Source: Piromyces finnis finn
Taxonomy: Eukaryota; Fungi; Neocallimastigomycota
DNA length: 64,000 nt
Direction of reading: 5' to 3'
Assembly: GCA_002104945.1 (NCBI GenBank)
Contig: MCFH01000043.1
Span: forward strand, 310,001-374,000
The notes beneath the pieces were generated by a model, which did no database searches, was not told the DNA's origin, and saw only the letters and a program-made list of their open reading frames with translations. Within the stretch, counting starts at the first letter, position 1; the number at the start of each line of letters is the position of its first letter. Both the position numbers and the translations under genes were made by a program. Positions 49,808-61,053 of this stretch are shown here, one piece after another.

Positions 49808-51751
49808 TCAAAAAAGTATATCAAAGAAAAGAAATATAAATACTTCCACAATCAAGAGAAATATAAGATAATGTCTAGGCAAACCAACAATTTTTTTATA
49901 TTTTAATTTATTACCATAGTTTCTTTCAAATACACCCCAGTCGATAACCCTAACAATATCTTTATTTGGTAATGGTGAATATCGTCTTTTATTATTTATA
50001 TTTAACGATTGTTCGGTAATGCCTTTATACTTTAAAGATTCCGTATTACTTGTGAATATACATTTTTCCATTTTTTCGTTTTTACTTATTTTTTTATATT
50101 TATAATAATTTAAAGGATTAATGAAGGTGAGTAATGAAGAAATAAATATTTTATTTTCGGATTTATATTTTAATTTTACTTCTGGTACATTTTCCATGCG
50201 AATAGGGTGCATTAATGCATCTATTATGGACGTATCACCTACTTTTTTAAATATACAGGCTAAATCGCGAGCACATTTACCACGATTATTTATTATATTT
50301 GGGCTAGCATTGTAGGAGGAAAGTTCATTTATTAAAAATATATTTTTAATATCAATAGCATAATAAAGTGCAGTATTTCCTAAATAGTCTTTTTGATTGA
50401 TCATTTTATATTCAATGGAACTTCTTTGATTTTTACCTTGGTTATATTGGAGTAAATATCTAACAATTTTACCATATCCTAGTTTCGTCGCTACGATTAA
50501 TGCGTTTTCATTTCGAATATTTAATTGATTCAATAAACTTTCATCCATATCCAATACATATTTTATCATATTTAGATTATTTGTTAGTGTATAATAAATT
50601 AATATTGTATTTTTATCACAATCATTTAAGGGTTTGAATTTAAAATCCTCCTTCTTTTTTTTTATTTGCTTAAAAATATATTTCATTAGATAATCATTAT
50701 TGAGGGTAACACATAGAGATATAATATCGTCTCCTTGTTTATTTACCTTGTTAAAATCAATCGTATGTTGAGCATATTTTTTCAATATATAAGTAACACA
50801 AAATTCATCTTGAATCATGGCAAAGAAAAATAAAGGTGTATTGCCGTCATCATCAATAGGTAGATTTGGATTACAACCTAATTTAACTACATATTTAAAA
50901 GTTTTTAGATAACGATGCAAACAATACGGCACTTCGAAATGTTCAGTAGGATAGTATATTTTATTAATAATAATTGAATATAAATTTTCTTTAGTTCCAT
51001 TTTTTTCATTGATATAATTACAATCAACTCCTAATCCTACAAAATTATATAATACTTCATGCATTCCATTTTCTATAATATACATTATGGCACTTCGACC
51101 TTCTTTATTGATACTATTAACATTTATTGAAATTTCGGTCATTATTATAGGAATGCTTTTTGAAAGATTATTTCGACAGCAATAAATAAGAATATTATCT
51201 TCACTATGATTGATATGATGATTATTTACTTTAGGATGACGTAAAAATAGTGTTAAAATCTTTGGGTTATGTAGTGCATAAAATAATGCAGTATTTCCTT
51301 TGTTATCCTCAAGATTGATATTTTGGTCATTTTGTTTTAATAGATGTTTAATAGCAAAATTTAATTTTGGATTTTTGGACGATATCATTAATGCTGTTCG
51401 ACCCTGACTATCACGAACAAATTGATTTATATTGAATTTTAAAAGCCATTTTATCACTTTTTTATTTTCATTTTGACATGCTTCTATTAAAATTTTACTA
51501 TTTCTAAATTCAAATAAAACATTTTTAAATAAAGAATGCTGTAATACCTTTTCAACTAGTTTTAAATTACATTTTTTATTTTGAAGAATAATTTCTGTTA
51601 ACTTTTCTAAAAAATAATTTATTTTTTCATTATTTTCACTTTCAGCAATACAATCTTTAATTATTTTATTATCTTCAATTATTTTTAAACAATTATTATT
51701 ATTATTATTCAAATTGGATAAAATTTCATTTAGACAACTATCCAAATTCAT
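49808..51751 (-). CDS. Ankyrin-repeat protein, array member 2 (647 aa), with hydrophobic C-terminal tail
   Basis: Motifs DSQGRTALM, DNKGNTALFYA, DDDGNTPLFFF, ENALIVATKLG and QKDYLGNTALYYA. C-terminus YLIFLLIVEVFIFLFFDILF*. Confidence 0.92.
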   Translation of the reverse strand: MNLDSCLNEILSNLNNNNNNCLKIIEDNKIIKDCIAESENNEKINYFLEKLTEIILQNKKCNLKLVEKVLQHSLFKNVLFEFRNSKILIEACQNENKKVIKWLLKFNINQFVRDSQGRTALMISSKNPKLNFAIKHLLKQNDQNINLEDNKGNTALFYALHNPKILTLFLRHPKVNNHHINHSEDNILIYCCRNNLSKSIPIIMTEISINVNSINKEGRSAIMYIIENGMHEVLYNFVGLGVDCNYINEKNGTKENLYSIIINKIYYPTEHFEVPYCLHRYLKTFKYVVKLGCNPNLPIDDDGNTPLFFFAMIQDEFCVTYILKKYAQHTIDFNKVNKQGDDIISLCVTLNNDYLMKYIFKQIKKKKEDFKFKPLNDCDKNTILIYYTLTNNLNMIKYVLDMDESLLNQLNIRNENALIVATKLGYGKIVRYLLQYNQGKNQRSSIEYKMINQKDYLGNTALYYAIDIKNIFLINELSSYNASPNIINNRGKCARDLACIFKKVGDTSIIDALMHPIRMENVPEVKLKYKSENKIFISSLLTFINPLNYYKYKKISKNEKMEKCIFTSNTESLKYKGITEQSLNINNKRRYSPLPNKDIVRVIDWGVFERNYGNKLKYKKIVGLPRHYLIFLLIVEVFIFLFFDILF

Positions 51752-52619
51752 TTTAAAGTTATTCTCTGTATTACTATAAATATTTAAATTGATTATTACT
51801 TTATTTATTCATTGAAATCCTTTTATATACACTTGATTTTCAAAGGTATAAATACAAAAAAAAAAAGGAAAAAAAAAAAAAAAAAACTTTTATATATTTA
51901 AATTTATTATTATTTTATATTGTAATATTTTATTCATTCATTTAATGAATGGATATAAAATAAATTCATTACAATTTAATCTTAGTTTGGTTTTAATTTA
52001 ATGTAATTAGAATTTATATATATATATATAAATTTTGTTATTGTTATTATTAAATGCTTCTTTTTTTATTTTTTTATTTTTTATTTTTTTATTTTTTATT
52101 TAATTTGTTTTAACTTTTTTCTATTTTTTGTTTTATTTTTCTATTTTTTATTTTTTATTTTTTATATATATATTTAAATTTATAATAAATATAATAAATT
52201 AAAAATTAACCAATAAACAATTGATTATATTTTATCTGATTATATTGAAAAAAAAAAAAAAAAGAATATAAAAATAGCATTAAGGATATGTATAGATATG
52301 TATATAGAATCGTTTGTAGTTGTCATATTTCGTTAATGATATTAATTTAATACCCTTTTCTTTTCTTTCATTATTATTTTGTGTTTACCTTTTTTTTTTG
52401 TTAAATTAAATTAAATAAAATTAAATTAAATTAAATTAAATAAAACTGTGTTGATTATATAAAGTAATTGTAATATATTACAAACTTATCTAAAATTAAT
52501 AAAAGTCTTGGATTAAGAATATATACCTTCTTTACTATATAAAGTATCAAAAAATTTATGGTATATTATATCTTCTTAATACTACGTGATATTGAAATAC
52601 TAAATAACACGCATTACTA

Positions 52620-54507
52620 TTAAATTATCAAACCTGACATAAATATTACTGATTGAAGAATTAATAATTCAATTAATCTACCTCTATTAACACCAATAGT
52701 TTTTTTAATCCTATCATCTTTACAATCTAAGTGATAAACATCTATAGCAATATCGCGCATGACTCCTGAATATGGCAATGGCTCATATTTTATTTTAATA
52801 TTATCATTATTATTTAAGAAAAATTCAGTATCATTACTATATTTATTAATATTGATCGTTCGCATATTGATATTATCCACACTTGAACTTTTTATATTTA
52901 TATTTTTTCTTTCCCTTTGAATGACAGGGAGGCTATATGATCGTTCTGAGGAATTTAATGTTTTTTCATTAGATGGGAGATTTAAATGATTAAGGATACT
53001 AAGAGTATAATCATCTTGTAATTGATTTGCAAGATCAAATACCGACTTTCCACGATTATTTTTAATACTTGGATCACCTTTATATTTAATAAGAAGGCAT
53101 ATTATATCATGATTTGAAAGATCCACAGCATAATGTAATGCAGTATTTCCTAAATAATCCTGATGATTAACATCAGCATCTTTTATTAACAGGGTTGTGA
53201 CAATATCTTTATATCCTAATTTTGTTGCAATAATTAACGGGGTTTCTTTTACGTCATTGGTTTTATTTATAATATCTTTATTTTTTGTGGTGATAAAATT
53301 TACCATTCCTCGATCATTTTTCATGACATAGTAGAAAACAAAATTATTATTATATTTGTCCACGTAATCAAACTTATAACCACTAGAAGCAATAAAATTG
53401 ATAAGAGTTTTATCATTAAGTTTTACTACAAGACTATATGCATCATCACCATGCTTATTTTTAAAGGATAAATCCAGATCTTTAATATTTTTTATCATAT
53501 AATATACTGTACAATAGTCTTCAATCATTATAAAGTATTGAAGGGGTGAGTTACCATCATCATCAATAGCGATATTAAAATCATAATTTTTAATAATAAG
53601 CATTCGTAATGTACGATAACAATTAGTTAATAAACTTGGATGATTGCTTTCTCTCATTTTTTCAAAATTCTTAATCATTATTGAAATTACTGTTTCATTA
53701 TCATTTGATTTGATATAATCAGTTTTCTGATTTCTAACATAACTAATACTTCTATAATTATTGTGCTTTACTAAATACATGATTGCTGTCCAGCCATTTT
53801 TATCTTGTACATGGAAATTAATATTTTTAAAGTAAGAAATATACCCTATTGCTTTTGATATGTTTTTTCTACAACAATAAAGAAATACTGTATCGTGGTC
53901 ATTATTTATATTGTTTATAATATCTTCTTTCACTTTATTATTTATGGATAAAAAAAAATTTAGGGCTTTTCCATTATATATTGAATGAAATAAAACATTA
54001 TTACCATTCTTATCAACTATTTTCATAGAATCATACGTTGATAAATCTCCATAAAAAGATGACAATGAAGGATATTTAACACAATACATTAATGCTGTCA
54101 TTCCTTCTTCATCTTTAATACTTTGGTTAATTTCCATTGATAATAACCACGTTATTAATCTTGATTTTTGAATTTTACATGCTTCTATTAAAATAGTACT
54201 ATTTTTGAATTTTTCATAAATATTTTTGAAAAGTTCATGTCTTAATACACTTTCTATTATTTTTAATTTTTTTTTTTTTTTTTCTTTTCATTAAAAGAAA
54301 TAAATTTAGTTCTCTAACAAAATAATTTATATAATTATTTGATGGATTTAATATTTTATCTTTTGTATGAATATCAAAAGATTCATCATTTTCATTGAAA
54401 TATTTTTCTATAAAGTATTTATTTTCTGAAATATAATCCAAACACTGTTTTAAATCATTTAAAATTAATATAGAAAAAAAAGTTTTTTGAAAATTATTAT
54501 ATTCCAT
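52620..54507 (-). CDS. Ankyrin-repeat protein, array member 3, frameshifted within an A17 run (sequencing error, slippage site or pseudogene)
   Basis: ORF 54235..54507 encodes the family N-terminal domain (MEYNNFQKTFF...YFVRELN). After the poly-A at 54267-54283 a different frame continues LKIIESVLRHELFKNIYEKFKNSTILIEAC...TWLLSMEINQS into ORF 52620..54137, exactly as in the paralogs. A16 or A19 would restore one ORF. Confidence 0.85.
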
Positions 54508-55434
54508 TTTTAATTTACTTTTTATTTAACATTTATTCTTATTTCTTTTTATTAATGTGTATATAATATTATATTATATTAATAAAAATATTTCTAACTT
54601 TTATTATTATTTATTTTATAATTAAACTACTAGCTAATAAATATTAAATCTTAAAACTATTATTTATTATTGATTATTGTTATTATTAATTGTTTATTGT
54701 TCTCTACTGTTTTAATTTGCTTTTTACTAAATTTTTTATGTTCTATATATAAAATTATATTTGATTATTTTTCAAAGAATCTTTAAAAAAAAAAAAATTT
54801 TTTTTCTTATTTTTAATTTTTGTTTTATAACAATTAAAGTTTATTTACATATATTTGTGGAACATTAAAGTTTTATTAATTTTTTTTTTAATTTTATAAA
54901 AAGAAGTTTATTTTTTAAAATTTTACATTTAAAAAGAAAAAAAACAAAGTAATGAAGATGATGTTGAGCTTTTTGTCTTATTTTAATAATTAACATAACT
55001 AAACTTAATCATTACTTATTTAAATTCGAAAACTTTATTTTTGTTTCTTTTATACACGTAAATGCAAAAAAAAAGTAATTCCTTTATATCCCCTTCTTTT
55101 AATATTATTTTATTTATTTTGAATATCTTGAATGAAATAAATAATTGAATTTATAAACCTTTTTTTTTTTTTTATTTTATTTATTTTATTTTATTTTATT
55201 ATTTATCAAAAGTTTTTATTTTTATTTCAATATATATATTTCTAAAATATAAATAGTATAGAATTCTATAAATACATTTTTTTTTTAAAAAAAAAAACTC
55301 CTCTAAATATATATTTTAATTTAATTTAGTTTGCTTTATAATTTTTTTTTTTTTTTTTAAGTGGTGGTGTATTGTTATGATTTTATTTTATTATTATTAT
55401 TATTATTATTATCAAAATAATATTTTTATATTTT

Positions 55435-57240
55435 TTAAAAGAAATTGCCTGCAGTATCTAATATTTGAGTAATTACTTCTAAAGCAAGAGCTTGACGTAA
55501 AATAGTTTTTGAAATTCCCCTTTTTTCAATAGCATTTTCAAAACCATATGTTTTCATTTCTAATTCATTTAATGTATTAGTACACTTCATAGGTTGATAC
55601 AGATTTTTATGATTATTATTAAAATCAAAATTTATTATATCATTACAATGATTTAAGTCAATGTACTCTATCGTATTATTATTATTATTATCTTTATTCT
55701 TTTGTTTACTTCCCTTTTTAATAAATTTTTTTAATGAAAAAACCTTATTCTTCTTTTGTGGTTTTGAGGCTTTAAAAGGAACTGGATGCTCTAATACATC
55801 TATTATTTTTTCATTATTGTTATTTTTTGCTATATCATATGGTGTTTGATTCTCATAATTTTTAATATATTTATCCGCATGAGCGTAAGCTAAAGTATTT
55901 ACAATCTTTGGAATATTCAGTTGTACGGCATAATGTAAGGCTGTATTACCAAATTCATCTTGTTGATTCAAATTAATATTATACTCTACTAATGTTTTAA
56001 TAACTTCATTGCAAAATAATTTTGTAGCAATAATTAAGGCATTTTCACCCTTTTTATTTGTTTTATTTAATAAATCAATATTACGTTCAAGAACTTTTTT
56101 AATAATGTCCGAATTATTTAAAATGGAATAAAGCATTAAAAGATTGTTTCCATTTTGGTCAGTATAACTAAAATCAAAGGTTGGATGATTCATTAAAATT
56201 TCAATTAAACTTTTATTACCTATTTTTACACTTAATGAAAAAGCCGATTCACCATTATTATTTGTCATAGCTATATTTAGGAAATGACAAAATGTTATGA
56301 TATAATATACAGAATAGATATCTTCAATCATAATGAAGAACATGAGGGGAGTATTACCTTCGTTATCAATAGGAATATTAAAATCACAATCAACTTGAAC
56401 TAAAATCATTAGTATTTTGAGATAGGGAATAATATATTTTGAGTCATCTTCTTCATTTTTTTGGTAAATAGCATTAACAAGGATGGAAAGAAGGGTTTCA
56501 TCCTTTTCATTACGATAATCTAAATCTATGTTCCTACCAGTTAAAAGTTGAAATTCATGGTACTGACCCTTTTCAACTAAATACATTGCAGCATTTCTAC
56601 CCTTTTCATCAATAATGTTTACATCTATATTTGTATTATAGGATAAAAACTTTATAGGTTCCGGTATATCATTTTTACAACAGTATAATAATACTGTATC
56701 TTTTTGTTTATTTAAATGATTGATATCAATATTAGTATTAAGTATGGCCTTAAATGCTTCAATATTGTGTACTGCATGAAAAATGGCATTTTCTTCGTTA
56801 TTATCTGTCAAATCTATACAAACATTACAATTATAAATAAGATATTGAACGACAAATAATAAACATGGTTTCTCTGCTGCGTACATTAAGGCTGTCATAC
56901 CTTTACTATCTTTAACACAAGAATTAATTTCCATGGTGAGTAGCCAATGTAATACTGCCTCATTTTCTTTTTTACATGCTTTTATAAGAATATCACTTTC
57001 CTTAAATTCATATAATGCTAATGAAAATGATTCATGCTTAAGAACTTTTTCAATAATATCAAAATTTTCTTCTTTCTCAAGAATAACTTCATTTAATTTA
57101 TTTACGAAATCTTTACATTCAATTTCATTTTCCAAATATTTCTCAATTTTAAATTTGTTTAATTCTATCTTTGAATAACAATCTTGGTTATCATTTTTTA
57201 GATATGAAAAAATGGGAAATCCTATTTTAAGATATTCCAT
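55435..57240 (-). CDS. Ankyrin-repeat protein, array member 4 (about 601 aa)
   Basis: Motifs DSKGMTALMYA, DNEGNTPLMFF, ENALIIATKL and QQDEFGNTALHYA. The first ATG is at 57240; the track start at 57246 is a TTG. Confidence 0.92.
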   Translation of the reverse strand: MEYLKIGFPIFSYLKNDNQDCYSKIELNKFKIEKYLENEIECKDFVNKLNEVILEKEENFDIIEKVLKHESFSLALYEFKESDILIKACKKENEAVLHWLLTMEINSCVKDSKGMTALMYAAEKPCLLFVVQYLIYNCNVCIDLTDNNEENAIFHAVHNIEAFKAILNTNIDINHLNKQKDTVLLYCCKNDIPEPIKFLSYNTNIDVNIIDEKGRNAAMYLVEKGQYHEFQLLTGRNIDLDYRNEKDETLLSILVNAIYQKNEEDDSKYIIPYLKILMILVQVDCDFNIPIDNEGNTPLMFFIMIEDIYSVYYIITFCHFLNIAMTNNNGESAFSLSVKIGNKSLIEILMNHPTFDFSYTDQNGNNLLMLYSILNNSDIIKKVLERNIDLLNKTNKKGENALIIATKLFCNEVIKTLVEYNINLNQQDEFGNTALHYAVQLNIPKIVNTLAYAHADKYIKNYENQTPYDIAKNNNNEKIIDVLEHPVPFKASKPQKKNKVFSLKKFIKKGSKQKNKDNNNNNTIEYIDLNHCNDIINFDFNNNHKNLYQPMKCTNTLNELEMKTYGFENAIEKRGISKTILRQALALEVITQILDTAGNFF

Positions 57241-57869
57241 TGTCAATATTCATTATTTTATTATTATTTTATTATTATTATTATTTTTAATTTTTTTAAT
57301 TTTTTTTTTTTTTTTTAAATTTATTATTTGAATTTTGAAATTTAATTTAAAAACTTATAATAGTTTAATTATTTTTTATTTTGACTATTTTATTACAAAT
57401 ATTTATTTTTATTGTTGTTGTTATTTAAAATAATCGTTTTTTCTTTATGATATTTATTAATACATTTATTAATTCAATAGTAAATTATAGATTAAATCTT
57501 TTTAAATGATTTCATTTCTACAACACACTAGATTATTTTTATAATAATTGAATTAAAAAAAAAAAAATCTTCTCTTTTAAAACTTTCTGTATTTATAATA
57601 TATATTATACTTTTATTATTAAATAAACTTTTAATATTATTAATTAAACTTAATATATTTCATCAATTAAATTTAATAAATTAAACTTTATACTGTTAAC
57701 TATAAACATAAAAAAAAAAAAAAAAAGCAAATATAAATAATATGACCCTTTTTTTTTTTTCATTAATTGTAAAGATTAATTTCAAAAAGAAAATTAAAAT
57801 TAATAATATTAAATATGAACATTTTTATTATTAGTTATACTTACAGTAAATGAATTAAAATTATTATAA

Positions 57870-59690
57870 ATGGATTATGAAGAATTCGAAGTACAACTTT
57901 TTCATTGTATAATATATAATCAAAATTGTAATGTCATTATAGACCAAAATGAACAATTAATAAGGAATAGTTTTGGTGAAAAGGAGGGTAGATATATTAA
58001 TAGTTTTATTAAAAAATTAAATTGTATAATTATTAATAATGTAAATAACTATTTAAAAGTAAAATATATTCTACACCTTCCGTTATTTGAAAATGTTTTA
58101 TCTAAATTTAGAAATAGTGATATATTAGTAAAAGCTTGTGTTAGTGGCAATGTAAAAATGGTAAAATGGCTTTTAGACATAAATGTTAATTTATATATTC
58201 AAGATGAAAATGGAATGACAGCTTTAATGCATGCAGTAAAAAATAGTGACTTATTATTTGTGGTAGATTATTATTTAAAAAATGAAACAGGTAGTATTAA
58301 TATTACAGATAATAATGGTGAAACTGCCCTCTTTCATTCACTCAAAAATAAAGAAGCATTAAGAAAGTTAGCCCAAAATATTAACACGGATCAAAATCAT
58401 ATAAATAATCAAGGAGATAATATTCTTTTGCATTGTGTCAAGTATAATAATAATATTATAGAGCCGTTAAGAATTCTAGTTAATCTTTCCATTAATTTGA
58501 ATGCTGTTGATTGTAATGATTACACAGCTGTTATGCATCTAGTAAACAAAGGTAATTTTGAAGAATTAAACCTATTTATTGGTAAACATGTTGATTTGGA
58601 TTATCGTAATAAAAACGATGAAACCGTATTATCCATACTAATTAAGAACATCTATTCATTACATTGTATGAATGATCCAGACTCAATTTATAAATATATT
58701 AAGATTCTGACAACTTTAGTTAAAATGGATTGTGATTTTAATGGTAGTATAGATGAGGAGGGTAATACACCCCTGATGTTTTTTATTATGATGAAAGATT
58801 ATTGTAGTATCAATTATATATTGAAATTTAGTATTAAATTAAATGTGTCTATACCCAATAAAAACGGAATTACTGCCTTTATGTATAGTTTAAAGGATGG
58901 TAATAATTATTTAATTAAACGTATTATAAATCATAAAACCTTCAATTTTGAATATTTTGACGTTTATCGTAATAATCTATTAATGAATTATACTTGTAAT
59001 AACAATTATTACATGGTAAATCATATTATTAAATTATACCCACATCTTATCAATGAAGTAAATTATAATAATGATAATGCTTTACTTTTAGCAAGTAAAT
59101 TTGGATATTCAACCATAGTACATATGTTTTTAGAAAATAAAGTGAATGTAAATCAATGTGATAAAAAAGGAAATAATTCACTTTATTATGCGGTGGAGAA
59201 AAAAAACCTTGAAATGATAAATAATTTAGCCTTTTCACAATGTAATATTAATCATAAGAATAAAGAAGGTATATCCCCATATCATTTAGCCATTAAAACA
59301 GAAGATGAAAAAATTATTAATGCCTTACTTCATCCCGTAAAACAAACTATAAATATTGAAGAAATAATTAAGAAAAGGAAAAAAGATTTTTTAGAAAATA
59401 ATGATAGTGATCATTTAGAGTATAAATTGATGGAAACGTACAAATTAACTTATTCTCTAAATGAAAATATCATAAAATTTGAAATGGCTAAATTTCATAA
59501 TAAATATGAACAAATAGAATATAGAAAAGAAATAGCAAAAGCTATTTTTTATTCCTATTACAAAGATACCACCAGTCAAAGTTTTTTTATTAATCCAACA
59601 TTGAATAGACTATTAAATCAATCTTTATCAGATATATTAGAATTCTCTGGAACTTTGGTAGATATAATAGGTGATTTAGGTGGTAGTTAA
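57870..59690 (+). CDS. Ankyrin-repeat protein, array member 5 (606 aa), inverted relative to the others
   Basis: Motifs FRNSDILVKAC, DENGMTALMHA, DNNGETALFHS, DEEGNTPLMFF and DKKGNNSLYYA. Confidence 0.92.
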   Translation: MDYEEFEVQLFHCIIYNQNCNVIIDQNEQLIRNSFGEKEGRYINSFIKKLNCIIINNVNNYLKVKYILHLPLFENVLSKFRNSDILVKACVSGNVKMVKWLLDINVNLYIQDENGMTALMHAVKNSDLLFVVDYYLKNETGSINITDNNGETALFHSLKNKEALRKLAQNINTDQNHINNQGDNILLHCVKYNNNIIEPLRILVNLSINLNAVDCNDYTAVMHLVNKGNFEELNLFIGKHVDLDYRNKNDETVLSILIKNIYSLHCMNDPDSIYKYIKILTTLVKMDCDFNGSIDEEGNTPLMFFIMMKDYCSINYILKFSIKLNVSIPNKNGITAFMYSLKDGNNYLIKRIINHKTFNFEYFDVYRNNLLMNYTCNNNYYMVNHIIKLYPHLINEVNYNNDNALLLASKFGYSTIVHMFLENKVNVNQCDKKGNNSLYYAVEKKNLEMINNLAFSQCNINHKNKEGISPYHLAIKTEDEKIINALLHPVKQTINIEEIIKKRKKDFLENNDSDHLEYKLMETYKLTYSLNENIIKFEMAKFHNKYEQIEYRKEIAKAIFYSYYKDTTSQSFFINPTLNRLLNQSLSDILEFSGTLVDIIGDLGGS

Positions 59691-60495
59691 TTGCTAAAAG
59701 TTTTTTTTTTTTTTTTTTTGAAAAAAAAAGAAAAAAAAAATTAGATTATCAAAATTTAAATACTATAGAATTAATATATAGAGTAAAAATAAAATGTATA
59801 CCAATTATTTTATAAAACATAATAAATAAAGCTTGTGAATTTTGAATAATTTTTTTTAATAAATAAATGTATATATATAATATATCCTATCCTATATTAT
59901 CCTATATTAGTATTATTTTTCACTCTTTCTTTTATTCTTTTTTTTTTTATAATATTAAAGATATTTTTATTTCGAAGAGTGGTTAATTATATATATATAA
60001 AACTTTAATTCAAAGTATACACATATTTTAAAAGTATAAAATGAATAAAACTTTGTATTTTAATTATTATAATTTATTCTTATTATTCATTCAATTTATA
60101 TATTATTCATAGTCATATTTATAGTCATATCTATGTATATTTATGTTATTTATATATTTTAAAGAAAATAGATAGGTTTTCTTGATTGTTTTTATATTTG
60201 CTTTTATTTATTATATATATATATAAAAAGGATAAACAATTGTTTTTTTTAAAAAAGTAAAGTTTTATTAAAGGAAATTTATTAATTTAAACTTTTTTTT
60301 TTTTTTTTTTATCCTTCAAGTAATTAAAAAAATAAATTAAATATTAGAAAATAGATTTTCCATCAAATTATATTACAACAACAACCAATAAATATTGGCC
60401 TATCAAAAATGTAATTAGGAAAAAAGATAAAAGACCATGGTTAGAAAACTTTTTTTTTTATGATAATAGAATTTTAATTTAAAAAAAAAAAAAAA

Positions 60496-61053
60496 ATGAA
60501 AGTTGGATATCAAGGTGATATTGGTAGTAACTCTGAAGCAGCAGCAAAACAATATTTTATGGATGATTGTGATATTATCAATAATGAATATATACCATTA
60601 ATAAGTTCTGAAGGTGTATTTAATGCATTAATGGCGGGTACAATAGATATAGGTGTTGTAGCAATAAAAAATTCATTAGCTGGCGAAGTTCAAGAAACAA
60701 AAAATGCATTAGTAAGTTATAATCCAATTTGTAAAGCAACAATTACTATTCCTATTAGTCATTGTTTATTTTCAAAATCAAAAGATATCAAAGAATGTCA
60801 AGTAGTGATGTCTCATCCACAAGCATTAAGGCAAACAAAATGTACAAGAGAGAAAAATTTCAAATGGCTTTCAGAATTAGAAGTGGATGACCAAGCAAAA
60901 GCTGCTAAATGCTTATCTGAAGGTCAATATCCAGAAAATTATGCTGTAATATGTAGAAAAAATGCAGGTGAAAATGTTGGCTTAACCCTTATAGCCGAAA
61001 GTATTGAAGATGACCCGACCAATGAAACTACATTTGGAATCTTTGTAAAATAA
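60496..61053 (+). CDS. Stand-alone prephenate dehydratase (PDT) domain protein lacking the ACT domain, 185 aa
   Basis: Recognisable PDT motifs are GYQGDIGSNSEAAA (cf. YLGPxGTxSExAA), GVVAIKNSLAGEV (cf. VPIENSxxGxV), SHPQALRQ (cf. SHPQALAQC) and IEDDPTNETTF (cf. IEDxxxNxTRF). The stop comes directly after this last motif. Intronless. Confidence 0.88.
   Translation: MKVGYQGDIGSNSEAAAKQYFMDDCDIINNEYIPLISSEGVFNALMAGTIDIGVVAIKNSLAGEVQETKNALVSYNPICKATITIPISHCLFSKSKDIKECQVVMSHPQALRQTKCTREKNFKWLSELEVDDQAKAAKCLSEGQYPENYAVICRKNAGENVGLTLIAESIEDDPTNETTFGIFVK

Noticed and set aside
48506-59238. Small ORFs within ankyrin genes (48506, 50121, 55661, 56933, 59050)
   Set aside because: They are antisense or alternate-frame shadows.
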